Of a stretch of DNA of 64,000 bases, positions 27,170 through 41,560 are shown piece by piece; position 1 is the first letter of the stretch, and each line of letters opens with the position of its first letter. Made by a program: the position numbers and the translations under genes. A model generated the notes under the pieces. The model ran no database searches. It was not told the origin of the DNA and was given only the letters and a program-made list of their open reading frames with translations. This stretch comes from Lytechinus pictus (lineage: Eukaryota): the NCBI RefSeq assembly GCF_037042905.1, contig NC_087251.1:4404001-4468000 (forward strand), read 5' to 3'.

Positions 27170-27605
27170 TGCAGGGATCACTGCAGAAGGTCCAAAGGAA
27201 AAGCCATAAAAAGGCCTTATACGAAATCACATCGTATGATAAGCAATTTGATTCATTTGCATCTCTAGATATACAAAATGATCACGAGAAATCCTCAATC
27301 CTTCCTCATATCGACTACTGTTCAACACATAAGTACTCGGCTTCACTTCCTATCTTTAAACGAAAATGTTTTATTTTTCTACTGTTTTTGTCATAATGTA
27401 TAGGCCCTCCCCTCCCGATATTTGTTTATTATGTATATAATTCTTTTTGTATCAGTTGTGTATCATTTTAATTGTGTATGTTATAATTGTGATTGCATAA
27501 TGTTCGAAATGTGAATGATTGCAGGGCTCCCTTGTAAAGCAGACCTCTGGCTTGAATGGGACGGCCCTGCTTTTTATAAAGAAACACGAATAAATGAATA
27601 AAATC
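27170..27605 (+). mobile_element. Decayed CR1/L2-type LINE 3' remnant
   Basis: 27298-27327 translates ILPHIDYCST, matching the post-RT motif of CR1/L2 ORF2. Followed by a 3'UTR-like stretch ending in AATAAATGAATAAAATC. Confidence 0.45.
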
Positions 27606-27896
27606 AAACACTCCAGACCTTTCGTTGGAGAACGCGAACGCTTATTTGCGACGGTAGTTGATTTTGAAAGAGGCTTTTGGAAGAGACTTTTGGGCCCGTC
27701 GTCATGGTCGTAAAACTCTGTCCTGCAATGCAAATTGTGTGACATGAGATTTTGTTTCGTTTCGCATCTGGAATGGAAACATTCAATCTGCGTTTCATGT
27801 GCAAAATTCTGGTTGCTACTATGGTAACAGCGATATATCCGATTTAGGACGACTTTCCAAAGCCACATTTGGTTCCTCCCAGAGCTCGAGAGGCCG

Positions 27897-28201
27897 CCCG
27901 GGGGAACCACTTCCATTGAAGAGTGGATACCAGGCGCGACCACGCGTAAAAAGGGAAAGAGTGGGCAAGTACGTTACGTATAGGCCTATGTAACGTTATA
28001 AGGGTGTCAAAAACGATGTTTAAAATACTGAAAAGGAGTATATGTTTTCAATACTTGTAGGGTTTCACAAGCAAATACTTGTAGAGATGCATTTTCATAA
28101 TCTGGAAAAGCCTTGCTTCCCTTGTTTAGGGTGCTTTTCGAAACCGCATGGTCGTGCCTGGTATCCACTCATCAATGGAAGTGGCCTCCCCCTCCCCCCG
28201 G
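27897..28201. mobile_element. MITE with CCCGGGGG-type termini (unclassified)
   Basis: CCCGGGGGAACCACTTCCATTGAAGAGTGGATACCAGGCGCGACCA ... TGGTCGTGCCTGGTATCCACTCATCAATGGAAGTGG..CCCCCCGG, ~45-bp TIR. Confidence 0.8.
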
Positions 28202-28644
28202 AATTGGAATCCAATACCCATTTCTGGGGAAAGTAAAACATAATGCCCATTACATTGTGTGCTAGGGGCATATCGTTTGTGTAGGAGTAAACAAAAGAAA
28301 AAAACCCGTGTTCAGACGTATACATGCTGTGTACAGAATCAACGCATGCGAAATGGTTTCGGCTGGAGAGGTGATTTGACCCATGGAATCAATTGCCAGA
28401 GATCCAGCAATAATCCACATTAAATGCAATATCGATTCGATGGACTGTAATGATCTATAATATCTAAGCCTTAATTCAGTAACTTTTTCCTCACTCAATA
28501 TGTACTCGATTTGTTTGAAAAACCACTATCATAATCTATTGTAGGTCCTGCATTTCGAATATCTCCAGCCATCAGTCGTAATGTAAATGCATGTATGGTG
28601 CCGGTGCGCGGGAAAGAATTTTGCACACGAAAAGCAGATCTGTA

Positions 28645-28784
28645 GGGCCTGTAACCCCCCTGTAACAAAAAGCTTAGCATTGATTGTAGAGCAGTTTTCT
28701 ACTTTTGATTCTATTGACTATAATGTACAATCAATCTTAAAAATCAAGTGTATGATTAAACGTTAACCTTTGTGTTTGGGGACC
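28645..28784 (-). mobile_element. Harbinger-type MITE, inverted diverged copy of 55223-55347
   Basis: ATTGACTATAATGTACAATCAATC is the near reverse complement of GATTGATTGTACATTGTAGTCAAT at ~55267-55290. Termini GGGCCTGTAAC..GTGTTTGGGGACC. Confidence 0.65.
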
Positions 28785-29857
28785 CTAATATTAGCGTCCG
28801 TGAGGATTGCGAAAGGTGGCTGTCTTGCTTGGAACGGGAAAAGTGGGATGAAAGTCACGTGTAAGTTTCATACTTTATATAGCCTGCAACCATAGACCGT
28901 CTCACATCTAAAATGTTCAAACTAGTAATTGGACCTACGGCGATTAAAGCGAGATCACAAGTGTCCAAGACCCGTACCACCTCCTAAAAAAATCTAAATT
29001 CTAATAGTTTCAGGAAACTATGAAAACCAAATGATTTGTTCAAAGAGACATTTCTGCAATCAATTATTGTACATTTTCAAATGAAATTTGTAATATCTAC
29101 AGCAATTTAAATTAATGCCTAAACATTTGTCTTTTTGTTGAAGGGGTCAGGCCAATGATAAATTGAAGTCTGCAAACTCATGGTTAAAATTTGCTAAAAT
29201 TGAGTTGTAATTTAAATTGCAAACGTCTTGCAATGTCAGAGTGAATCTACGTTGACGGCTTATCTATAATTAATCTTTAGTTCTTAAAATGCAGCCCCTA
29301 GAAAACGTGCTTTTCATATCCAAATATTTTCAAGAGTCACAACGTCATTACGATCAATGACATATGGCTTTCAATAGCGGCAGACAAAAAAGTTCCCGGG
29401 CAATAGTAATCTCTATATGTAGAAGTTTTGCTTACTGACATGTTTGTTTATTCATCAACGTCGTTCTTCTAGATATCTTAAAAAAGTGAAAATAGCGAGA
29501 TCATCAAGTCAAAATGGATATTGTCACAGAAGGATTTAAAGGCGTCGTATGGCCCCCTGCATTCCTTTAGGTTACAATGATATCTTTATCAAATACTCCC
29601 GTCATCATGAATATTTCTGCCGAATCTTGTGTAATTAAACAGGCATGTTGACTATTGATCGGATTTTCCTTTGTGTACTCTCTTAAAAAAATATTATATA
29701 AAGTTTGTATAGTACGGTTTGAGTTTAGGGCTTCGTCATTCAAGTCAGTGAGTGATTAGCCGGACTGATAAAAGATGTAATATGACGCCAAAGCATGAAC
29801 CTGTATCTGAATAATATTCGGCAGCTAGAAAGAGATTTTATCATTATCAACAAAACA

Positions 29858-29859
<2 letters not shown>

Positions 29860-29890
<31 letters not shown>
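29860..29890. repeat. (TA)n microsatellite
   Basis: About 15 perfect TA units. Confidence 0.95.
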
Positions 29891-29893
<3 letters not shown>

Positions 29894-31744
29894 AAATCTG
29901 TTTAATAATTGCCTCCCTTCGATTTCGATGCCGTACCATGCCATTCTATTTTAGGTGGTATCCCCTACTCAAAGTGGTACCGCCATGGATTTTGCGCAGG
30001 GAGTCAATCGGTTATCGAGTGAACCGAAATGGGTTGGCAGTGAATCGTAGCTAAAAGCAGGCAAGATTTAAAAGGGTGAAAGGGATAGCCGTACTTTAGT
30101 CAGACAAATCCTTCAGTCACGTTAATTTTCCCAGTACTCTCTAAAAATGATTCTATTATGAATAGTTCTAGTAGAATACAGCGCCAGTATGATGCCATTT
30201 ACAGCCTCGGGTAGATCTCAACCATTTTCCATCTGAATGACAAACCCGATTTCTAAGTCATTTCATATTGGCAATATTTAGATACGGGTGATCTAGTTTT
30301 GTCGTAGTAATGCCATCAGTTCTACTCAAGTAAACACGTTTCTATAGTAGGCCTATATCGTGTTTTCTTATTATTCATTGGTCGTGTGAGTTTTTGCACG
30401 ATTTTTGTTGACAGTTTGGGTTATTATCTCGATAATTTTATAATAGAATAATATAAAACAAAGTTTGTAAATGCATGTTATTCTATTCTATCAAGTGTTT
30501 GAATGTAAGGTTTACATATTATAATGGTTTCAATACAAATATATTATATTCTATTTTATTTAATTCTTACATCAATAGCTATATCTATACAATCCTCCCC
30601 AAAATGAAACTATTTAATTATTTTCAGCCTCTTTTCAAAATGAAAATTTGAAATAGTTATGTTTTCACAACTGAATTATCAAGAATGCGCCACTACGACC
30701 TAAAGTTTTGAGATGTTTCTTACTTGAGAACGATTTCAGATGTTATTTAAAATCACTCATATGGTACAAAGTATCCCAATTAGAATATTTCAAATTAAAA
30801 TTAATCGAAAGACTTTGTGGTTCAGGATCCTTTCTTCCGTTCCTGCTTCAGTGCGCTTGTACCATGGATGAGGGGGGAAGTTTCTTTTTAACATCATAAA
30901 CTTTCGTTAATGTTAATGATGATGATACAACATGAATTATAATGGACTTTGATTTATTGCATACCATTTTTGTGAAACAACACCTGAAAACCAAACATTT
31001 TTCAAAAGTAAATGGTCATTCGTTTATTGCAATAAAAAATTCTGGCATGACTTGATTTGAAATTCTTAAAAGGGGAATTATATATTTTTTTAAATTAAAA
31101 AACAACACAAGAATGCAGACAAGGCTTCAAAGAACAGAATAGATCTTTTAGTGTTGTACTTCTTCCGTTCCCCCAATCGTAATTCGCATAAAAGGGTTTA
31201 TTTGTAGCTATACGGTTCTAGTATTTTCTAAGTTAAAGACATCATTTGAAAAGAAACATGAAAGTGTGACTTATCACATCTGACAGACCCTTTAGAATAG
31301 AGATGAATGTACAACATTCATGTGCAGTGTTTCATGTTCTGTAACAAACGACCAAACATGCTGGATGACGGCGGGAAGTGTTAACAAAAATTTCGCGCTA
31401 CATTTTAGGAGATGGGAAGGGTTTATGGTGCTGACAATTTGTCATAAATCTTTAGGAGCGATCATTATTTTGATACTTTCAACAATTTCCGGGACCGTCT
31501 ATCAAGTTTGTTTAGCTATCCTGGTAATGTACTTACCATTCTGAAGCTCCAATCGTAAATTATACCGAATTCCTTTTTGGAATACCGTCTCTTCATCTGC
31601 ACTGCACCCTCTGCCATCATTGCTTCGGGTATAATGACAAATCTACCTTCATTACTTTTAAGTTCTACCCAATACCAATTGCATTTTCAAATAATTTATT
31701 CATCACAGATAATTATGAGGATTGTACATCATTATTCAACTTCA

Positions 31745-32290
31745 TTGGACTTAAATGACCTTCGAACTAAATTATGTGACCCAAAACTCATGGAAGACAA
31801 CCAGTGATGCTTGACTACTCTTATATTCAAGTTTAAGGAACTATAGATCCATATACTTTCAAAGTTATCATGACATTTAAAAAATACCCCCAGTATGGTC
31901 AAAGATCATTGACCCTATATGACCTTTGACCAGAATAATATGACTAAAAACCTATACATGACACTCAGTGATACTTTTCAACTCTCGTGTCCAATTGTCA
32001 TGAACTATATACTTTCGCAATTATGATATTTCAAAACCGTAACTTTGGTTAAGATTTCAGTATTGATACCCCAACATGGTAAAAGTTCATTGAGCCTAAA
32101 TGTCCTTTGACCTTGATAATGCGACCTGAAACTCATGTAAAATGATTAGTGATAGTTGATTACCTTTATGTCTAATAACCACGAAATAGGTCTTGATAAT
32201 TTCCCGTTTAATAATTAACCCGTGGTTAAGATTTCAATGTTCATGTTGCCGTCACCGCCTTCGGAAAAGCGGCGTCTACACTCTCTGATC
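31745..32290 (+). mobile_element. Interspersed repeat with internal TGACCTTTGACC-type tandem units (Helentron/DINE-like non-autonomous element, tentative)
   Basis: Repeated TTCATTGAC..TGACCTTTGACC..ACTCA..ATACTTTC units. Ends in GCCGTCACCGCCTTCGGAAAAGCGGCG. An inverted relative lies at ~52070-52240. Confidence 0.5.
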
Positions 32291-34807
32291 TAGCTCTGGT
32301 AACAAGGACCATCATGCAGAGATCAAGCTTTGATGGCACACTCATACACTCATACTGATCTCTGAAAATATTACATGCACACAATCCCACTATCATCATT
32401 ATAATCGAAGGCCATAATAGAGTAGCATCTGATTCCAAATTTTATGTAAAATCAAATTTCACGTATTCAAAGTGTGTTCACATCTAATAAAGATAAAAAC
32501 GTTCATAAAAACCCACTCGGCTCATAACTGGCAGAGCGATTGTTTGCCATCAATATAGTTATTACCGTGCATTTTGCACACGATCGCACGAGTGAACGTT
32601 TCGATGGCTGGTGAGAAAAGAAAGAATTGTCATTCAACTAATTGAAAAATATAACTTATTGTCAATAGCACTATGCAGGCATAGACAACACGATTGTGAA
32701 GTCCATATTTTTATCAACACAGTTATCAATGTCACAATGTAAGGCTATTGTGACCTACAAGAGCTCAGTCTGAAAGAGTGTTTTCCGCAATTTGAAATGT
32801 TTTGAAGATGTTTACATCCACAAGATAATGTTAGGCTATATCAATTTTCCTTGTTAATTTGACCGAGATTGGATGGTTAGGTAGGTTGAGTGAACAGCAT
32901 GTATTTTATTGATATTTTTTCCTTAATTATTTATCAAGACGTAACTTTTTATTTAGGCCTATTTGAAGACAAAAATTTGATTTCCATGACAACAAGAAGT
33001 CATTTCACTGGAAAAAGGGTATCTTGTTTTGTTTTGCACTTATCATTTGTTGAGTTTAATGTTCTTCAGCTAAAGTGAAAAGGATTATCCATGAATTATT
33101 TCCATATATTTTGTATTTTCCCATAAAGAGCGCAAATAGCGCATCAAATAGCCTACAACGTCCTCTTTGTGGTAAACAAAGTACCGTATTTTATTACAGT
33201 ATGGTTCCCTTGGTATCTAATAAACTCAGCGGTAAGGTTAGATCTTACTTGTCCAAAATATATCTTTTATAGATATTTCAGATTCATATCGTCAATATCA
33301 ATATTTAAACATAAATAAAAAAAATATATTGTGATATGATGACTTCCTGAACTGTTGTATTCTATTTTACATTTTCATGTAAAATTTTTACGATCAATGT
33401 TGAATAACTCGATTAGAGTGCTCGTGACTTTTCTATTTATCCTCAAATTTTTGACATTTTTATATTTTTATGACATCATCTCAGAGTAAATGTTATGCTT
33501 TCAATTTTAATTTAAGAAATTAAAGATTGTTATCACTGGTTTCTTTCCATACCAATTTTAAGTGAGTTTTATTACAATTTTCTCTTATGTTAGACACCCT
33601 CGGCTATAACTCGGGCGTGTGAAAACTGTTCCAAATGTACAACGTACGTGTAATCCTTATACTAACGCCCTAGATGACGTGTAATATTTCCATAATAGGA
33701 ACACTTCGGGACTTACGATACCCCTTAAACTAAAACAAATTTGCGTGTTGAAATTTGTACAAAAAAATGATACCTCGTATAGTCATTAAATTTTCTTTAT
33801 TATCTGCTGGATTTCACTTGCCAAATTTATTGCGGATATTGGAATTTTGTTTCTATGAGAGAACCTTATACAAAAAACTCAGCCTCCTTAAAACTTTGCC
33901 TCATTTCTCCACTGTCTATTTAACAGCATTCAGTTACATCAAGTAAATTAGACACTCATTGTCACTTGCCATTATTTTTTGCATTTGACTAACATTTTAG
34001 ATCGTGCATGTTTGACTTAGCATTTGATATATAATTCAAACTGTAACGAATCGTTGGTGACTGGATTCTGTTGCTAATGAGGGCCGTTAATGCGGTTTCG
34101 TGTTCACCTACATGCCTAGACATTTACGAATACACCTCTCCTATCTTATTTCTCCTCACCGCTCTGGCTCTCTTATTGCTTGATTATGAAGTCCAAGTGT
34201 GGGTTTTCTATGTGCGAGGGTGCATGTGTTAGAGTGTGTGAACGCGTATGGGTTTGTATTTACTTGCACCTGATATGATCGCTCCCACCCTTTTTTCGCT
34301 CAATGTTATTACAGGGGCGGATCCAGCTTCCGCCGATAGGGGGGGGGGGCCGAATTTTTTTTTCACCCATATTTTCCCGATCGGCCACTCAAAGTTGAAT
34401 TTTTTTTTGTTTCTTTGAAGGGGTTGTGCCAGTGGCGTAATGAGCCAACAATTTTTAGGGGGGCTTGATATGGCGTATCGCGTAAAATCAATAAGAAGTT
34501 GCGAGCGAGCAAAAATTTTGACATTTTTATTTCAAAAATCCATAGATTTTGACAGAATATTTGGAAAATAATATTATATTTTACCCTTATTCCTTTCCTT
34601 TTCTCTTTTTTTTTCTTGGTCGTGAAAAAATATTTTGGAGGGCAAAACGCCCATTTCCTATCAGTCATTTCTTAGCTTCATTGTTATAAACAACATAAAT
34701 ATGCAATAATAATGTAACTAGATAATTACTGCGAGTGCGAAGCGCGAGCAGACATTTTTAGTATGAGTTCTGGCCTTTTTTAAAAGAAACCTGTTAACAT
34801 GGTTAAG

Positions 34808-36546
34808 CACTGGCGTAAATCCCGGGGGGGATGGGGGGGATATATCCCCCCCCACTTTTCGAGGAGGGGGGGATGGCCTGTACAATCATCCCCCCCCCCC
34901 ACTTTTTACGAAAGAAATTTAAAAAAATCACAAGAGATAATTGTTTTATTGGTGAAAATTCTTCCTAAAATACCGCTTAACAAATAAAACAATATTATTG
35001 AATCATAAAATGCAAATAAAGAGCCAGTTCACCATTTCCAAACGAAATACTTATGTCCTTATTATAACATTGAAGAGAAACCCCCGTTTCTTCCAATTCA
35101 TCAATGTTGGGGTCTTTGGGAAGGGATTAAGATGGAATGTCAAAAATGTTTGAATGTAATCTCTAATAAAATCATTAAACCATCATGGGGTAAAAGATAA
35201 TACTATTGGAGGGGTATTTGCCATATGGACATACAGTGGCGTAACTACGGGGGGGGGGCATGGGAGGCACATGCTCCCCCCATCGGCTGACAAAAAAACC
35301 CCGGGGAAATGGGGAAAAAGAGAAAAGAGGGAGAAAGGAAAAGAAACGTAGTGGGAAAGAAGAAAGTATTATTCATTATAATGTTATATCATATTATAAT
35401 TATGTTATGTTACATTACATAAGAAACATTTTTATCATAACTTTATGAAACATAATTTGCCCAGGGCCTACGTCTTCATTGTTCCTGGTGCTCGCATTGT
35501 CTGTTCAACGAGATATATAATCCTGTTAAACTAAAACATCCCGTTTTCAAGTCAATATAAACCAAATATATTTCCTAGCACTTGAGTTATCATTGTTTTA
35601 TGTAGTGACATAGGCCTATGCTTCTTTTACATAACTCAAAAAGTGATTGCCCCATGTTAAGGTCTTCGTATATATAAAAACATTTCCTGTCCGTGATTAC
35701 GTTCGCATTAGTGGATTGGTGAGATATGTCTGCTCTTCATGAATTCCTAAAATCAGTCCTTAAAATGTCCCTTTTTCTGATCTGAATATCAAAAATTTTC
35801 AGCTCGCGCTTCGCACTCGCATCATTTGGTTAATGAAATACGTATGGTCCAAGTTAATTCCTACAAAGAAACCTTAGAATGCCCCACTTCAGGTCTGAAT
35901 TATCTAACTTATCTAAATTTTCTGCTCACGCTTCACGCTCGCAATATTTGATTAGTGAGGTGCTGTATGATAATCATGATTGCAATGACTACAAAAAGTG
36001 TTTCATGTGTTCAGATGTAATTCTAATAAAATCAGCAAGCGCTTGGCACTCGCATTAGATGACTATGGTGAGATATGCATACTCTTAATGGATTCCTAAA
36101 ATATATTCCTTAAAATCTCGGTGTTTGCTGGGGTCAAATTATACGAAAATTTCAGCTCGCGCTTCGCGCTCGCATTGTTTAGCGAGACAGGTAACTATCA
36201 TGATTACGCAAATTTGATTATAATGTCCCTTTTTAGGTGTGAATATAAAAAATTTCAGCTCGCGCTTCGCGCTCGCATTATTTGATCAGTGAGATACATA
36301 TCCGTTCAATGACATTGTCCTTAAAATGTCTCTATTAGGTCAGAATAACTAGCAACTGAGCGCGCTTCGCGCGCTCACTCAGTGATTCAAAAATTTTGCT
36401 GGTGCCCCCACAATACCGTGACCCACGGTACGCCATTGTGGACATATCAATTACAATTCCTTGCATATCTAAAAACATGAATGCAAAAAAAATGCCAAAA
36501 TATTTCAGTCATCCCCCCCACCCCTCAACACGGATTTACGCCAGTG
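34808..36546. mobile_element. hAT-type non-autonomous element nested in 34312-38119
   Basis: TIR CACTGGCGTAAATCC / GGATTTACGCCAGTG. Perfect 8-bp TSD TGGTTAAG (34800-34807; 36547-36554). Confidence 0.92.
35234..36438. mobile_element. hAT-type non-autonomous element nested in 34808-36546
   Basis: Termini CAGTGGCGTA / TACGCCATTG. Perfect 8-bp TSD TGGACATA (35226-35233; 36439-36446). GCTCGCGCTTCGCGCTCGC repeats in reverse orientation. Confidence 0.92.
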
Positions 36547-38724
36547 TGGTTAAGGACGTTTTACAGTTATCTATTAAGACGATACATATTTCAACGAATA
36601 AATAATGCGAGTGCGAAGCGCGAGCTGAAAATTGTTGACATTCCGACCTAAAAAAAATAACGTACTATGCACTTTTTGTAATCATGAACGGTATAGGTAT
36701 ATAACCAAACAATTGATGCGAGTGCGAAGCACAAGAGAAAAAAAAAAGATTTCAAACCTAAAAACGGCACACTCTAATCATGTTTTGTAAATCATGAAAA
36801 AGGATGGGTAATTTAGTATGTTCCTACATCAATAATGCGAGCACAAAGCAGGAGCAGAACATTTTTGATATTTTGATCTAATACTGGATAAGTTAGCACA
36901 TTTTGAATAAAGATCAAGCCGCGTATTTCAATAAGCATGCGTGCGCGTGTTTAAGAGTTAGACAGAATCTGAATACATTTCATTTTTTATCATTAAAACC
37001 AATAATGCGAGCGCGTAGCACGAGCTGAAAATATTTTATATTTCATATGCAAAGGGTCAATTTAAGCACTATTTAAAGCAATGTGTAGCGAAATTGTGAG
37101 GTGGATGTGGATAGCACTCAATAAATGATTCGAGTGCGAAGCGCGGGCTGATATTTTATTATCATTTTGACTTAGGATCGGGACATTCTAGGCCTAAGGA
37201 CATTTTGACATCATATGAAAATGATAACTATCTTCCTATTCCTCTTCCTAAGCGCGATATGAAACTTGTCGATATCCCTTTCTGAAAGGGGGACAATTTA
37301 GTTATTAGGAATTCCTAAAAATTGTATAATCATATTTATTAATCTAATAAGCCTAATGAGTGCGTGAAATTTGTTGACATTGAGGCCTGAAAACTGGATA
37401 TTTTAAACACTTTGTAATCATGAATAGGATTCATTGGTTGATATATTTTTAACAAATAATGCGAGCGCAAATCGCGAGCCAAATTTTTTTATATAAACTG
37501 TCATAAATGTGGGATTTTAATACTTTGTTAAATGCGAGCGCACTTCGCTAGCTCATAGGCCGTCTATTTTTTACAATCAGACACCTGAAAAGTGATACTG
37601 TGAGAATCTTATGGAAAACACAAAGACAAAAGGTAGGTCTACTTGGCAAATTAAATAATGGGAGCGCACAGCTCAAGCTGCAAAATGTTGATATTCACAC
37701 ATTAAGCAGACATTTTACAGAGCACTTTAAAAAATCAATTGGTAAAATCAAACAAAATAATGAAAGCTCGATGTCCGAGCTGAAATACGCTTTGTATATT
37801 GACTTCAAAACTTGATATTTTAAGCTACATATAAGCCTTTGAGGAAGATATGTATCTCATCGAACAGACAATGCGAGCGCATGCGAGCGCGAAGCGCGAG
37901 CGAAAATTTCAGAATATAGTCGGACATGAAATATTTTTAAAAATTGTTTTCCAAGTCTTCCCCTGACCTTATTTTATTCACTCGTCTTCTCCTCTTATTT
38001 TTCGTCTTCTTTTTTCCTCCTTTATTTCCCCTTTATTTCTTTTTTCTTCCCCCCCCCCTTTTTTTCAATTTTTTTGCTCCGCCTATAGGGGGGCCCGGGC
38101 CCCCCTGGATCCGCCTATGTATTATGTACGTTTTATTCTAGGTGGGTCACGAGTGTGCGTGTGGGTTTACATGTTGTAAATTTGGTATTCACCGGGATCG
38201 CATGTAACTTGTGCCCCACGGATGTACTATTTTTAATTTACAATAAGAATAATATGGGAACAATTCTGAAGTCATTTTTTACTACTAGCTGAGCAACATT
38301 TGTTTTTTTAGCTAGAAGATAATATTTGTCAAAAGAGCCCCCTAACCCTATTATTTACTTTAAAATAATTTTATCCGCGTGAATATACCAACTAAAAGTT
38401 AGAATGCTGATGTACTAGAGTGGTCATATCATGCATATTCATGATAAAACGCTACGTCTTACTTCGCGGGTATTGGTGCCTCGAGGCTCGAGCTTAATGA
38501 GAAGTAGGGTGGTATCGCACGCAAAGCGAGATTATGTCAGTATGGAACGAGGAGCTCCCGTGAACGCACGGATCGAGGGTCATTATTAACATACGTAACG
38601 GGTGGAGTGGAGAACATCCACAGGAAGGTTTTCAAACTTTGAATAGAACTATAAGAAAGTAAGGATAAGATCATTCTTGTGTGATTCAACAGCAATGCTT
38701 TGAGGCTAAGAGCAATTGTTGAGG

Positions 38725-39239
38725 ATGGAGGGAACCGAGACGACCGATTCCCCGAGGCTTGAACCGGTTAGGCAGGCTGCAGATGCGATGGAATCGTTTT
38801 TGGATCGGGGGTTTCAAAACTCTACTTTCTCTTTCGAAACTGACAATTTTAGCGCGCCGAATTGCTTTGAAGCACCAGAGGCATGTGGATGGACATACTA
38901 CGGTCATTATCGCGATTTTACACAGCTAGCCAGCGTCTACATCATCTTTATCGTCATCTTTGTGGTAATCATGGCTCTTGGAATAGCGGGTAATTCTATG
39001 GTCATCGGTGTTGTCTGGTCCAATCGGGCAATGAGGACACCAACCAATTATTACATTGTTAGTCTGGCAGTCAGTGACCTTTTGGTCATCATGTTTGACA
39101 TGCCCCTCAAACTTGTAGAATACACGGCCGATGTGGATTTAGCGATGTTCAGTACAGCTCTTTGTTCTTTTGCAGCCTTCGTAAACCCAGCAGTGGTTTT
39201 TACAAGTATCTGGACCTTAGTGGCTATCTCAATAGACCG
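38725..39239 (+). CDS. Class A (rhodopsin-like) neuropeptide-type GPCR, first coding exon (N-terminus, TM1-TM3)
   Basis: ATG in strong context (AGGATGG) with an in-frame upstream stop at 38701-38703. N-glycosylation sequons NST and NFS. TM1 GN..V, ICL1 MRTPTNYY, TM2 SLAVSDLL, C3.25, TM3 ending AISIDR. Donor CG|GTAAGT at 39240. Confidence 0.93.
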
Positions 39240-41560
39240 GTAAGTGATATCGATTGGTCCGCTTGTTTAAGATAATTCTGATTTCGCTAAAGGCTACAAC
39301 ATACATTATGATAATAATTTCTAGTTAGTAATGTTTGGGGATATAAAGATAAACTGAATGTCACTTTCTCAGTGGGAGATTTGTTCTAAAGATGCCTTTA
39401 CTTTACGATGGAAACCCTCACTTCTAAAGAAGATTAAAGGGAGAGGAAAATGAAAGGAAACATAAAGGGAATCAATCACTGGAAACCATAGAGTAGTTCA
39501 AGAAAAATGCATGTTTTCAAGAATGAAGTAAATATATTCTTTCCTAAGCATCATATCTTTTCCACCCAAAGTGTAAAACAAATGCCAAAGACAAAACGAA
39601 ACAAAGAAAACAGAATGTTTTGGTAAGTAAGCAACATACGTTTGCAAATCCTACAGGCATGACAGGATCGCAGCCATATTTCAGAAATTCTAGAAGATGA
39701 AAAATTGTTTTTGCTTTTTTTTCACATACTTAACATGGTTACCACGATATGAATGCCGTCATTTTTAAGATCACTCTACTTCTCTTCAACGCTACCAAAT
39801 ATTTTCCTAACATTTTGTTAAGTTGATCGAAGTGCTTTGTGGAAAAATAATATCTCCTATTCTTTACCGTATAATTTGTGTTTGATCGTAAGAATCAGCA
39901 ATACACTGCTGGGATGTAAGATACACTAATCTAAAAAAAAAAATAGGTTCAAAGGTGAATATAGCTTTCATACTTTGATAGTAATCGGAGTAATGATGAA
40001 ACGGAAGAAAGGGCAATCGCTAAGTGAGAAAGGCTTGAGAATCCGTCAGTTTCTGCCCCGCCATTTAAGAGAGAATTATAGCAGACATTCAGGATCTCGT
40101 AATAAATGGATCACTCGGTTGGTAAAGAAGAATCTCACTTCTCTTTGTCGTGGGAAAAGGTGTCAATGATAAAAACAGGATGTTTAGACTTATTCCACTA
40201 ACGTTTTTTTTTTGGTAGAATACCACAATTCAGTCACAGCTATTCATCAAAGTTAAACCATTATCTATCAGCTTTCCCCAGTGGGAATATCGCTTTCCCA
40301 ACGCCATGCATGCATACAGAAACTTAGAGATCCATGCATCTATGCTTCACGCATCAGTTTTCATATTTTAGAGCCAAGACGATGACTTTTCTATCGTTAA
40401 ACTTTAGTTAAGTTAATGCACTCCGACTATCACATACTTATCTTAACATCCGTAATTCGAATTTTGAAGCTGATGAACATTTTACTTACTCTTAAAAAAT
40501 AAATTATATAGTGAGTTTTTTGGCAGCGGGTTAAGATCTAAGAAAATCCCTGCTCTTCAATTTAGAAACCATCGACTATAATAGTTAACATTTAACTTAG
40601 CAGTTTAATATATGAACTATTGTCTTCGTTAATTTATAAAGCTATATTTTATGGAGAAGTTTTTACTTGCTTGATATACCATTTTCCTGCTTCATTTAGA
40701 TTTGCCCATGAATTTATTTTATACTGAAAATGGCCAAAATAAAACTGAAATCTTTATATCATTTAGAATCCCTCATGGATGGCACCATTCTTATACATCG
40801 TAGTTATGCATTGTCGAACTTCGTAACCACATATATTCAAATGTCCCTTTCTTAGAATTTGTCTGTATTTCGAGTTTTGATATATGGCATGACCAGATAT
40901 GGTTTTCTACTCAATCCCTTGTGAGTTAAAGAAAGCTAATCCATCCACTATATCAACATGTTTAAAATATATTCATTTGAAAAGCTCTATTTAGGTAAAT
41001 AAGAGATCTAAGTACCTGATAATAAACAAACTTGGATAATCATAATGCTTATTAAACATGTGTTTTTTTACAATCCACATTTTAGATAGGTTTACATAGT
41101 TCTACATCATTAATAATCTGCAAAATATTAATGGTCTGTATATGACAAGTATATTTAAACATTTTTGTTTAGATGTGCTCATTTTATTTGCTTTTTTATG
41201 TGCCCCTCGACATCAATAGAACATTTTGTTTTCAAGTCTTATATTTTGATCGATATGAATCTTACCTAATTTGACGCCGTAGTTTTACTCTCAGTTTTCT
41301 CTCAGAATAATGTGTGTTACTGTCTGGGTACATGCGAGTAATTATAATGAACTATCATGAATTTTTAAAGCAAGAATTCGATCAGGTTAAGGTTCTTCCT
41401 AAAGTTAAACATCATTTAAAAAAATTACATGATTTTTAAGAGCCAATAGATCTAAACTTTCTTCTGGTGTTTTAACAAAGTATGTTCTTCTTAATATGTG
41501 AATGTCTGCTAAGTAATGTTGATAAACAGCCAAATTGAGCTTATAAATAAACACGGTTGA

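Larger units (their letters stand above)
34312..38119. mobile_element. Outer hAT-like non-autonomous element (host of nested insertions)
   Basis: TIR CAGGGGCGGATCCAG / CTGGATCCGCCTATG. Flanks share TATTA (partial TSD). Internal GCGAGCGCGAAGCGCGAGC repeats about every 110-120 bp. A truncated CAGTGGCGTA-type insertion lies at ~34430-34650. Confidence 0.8.
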
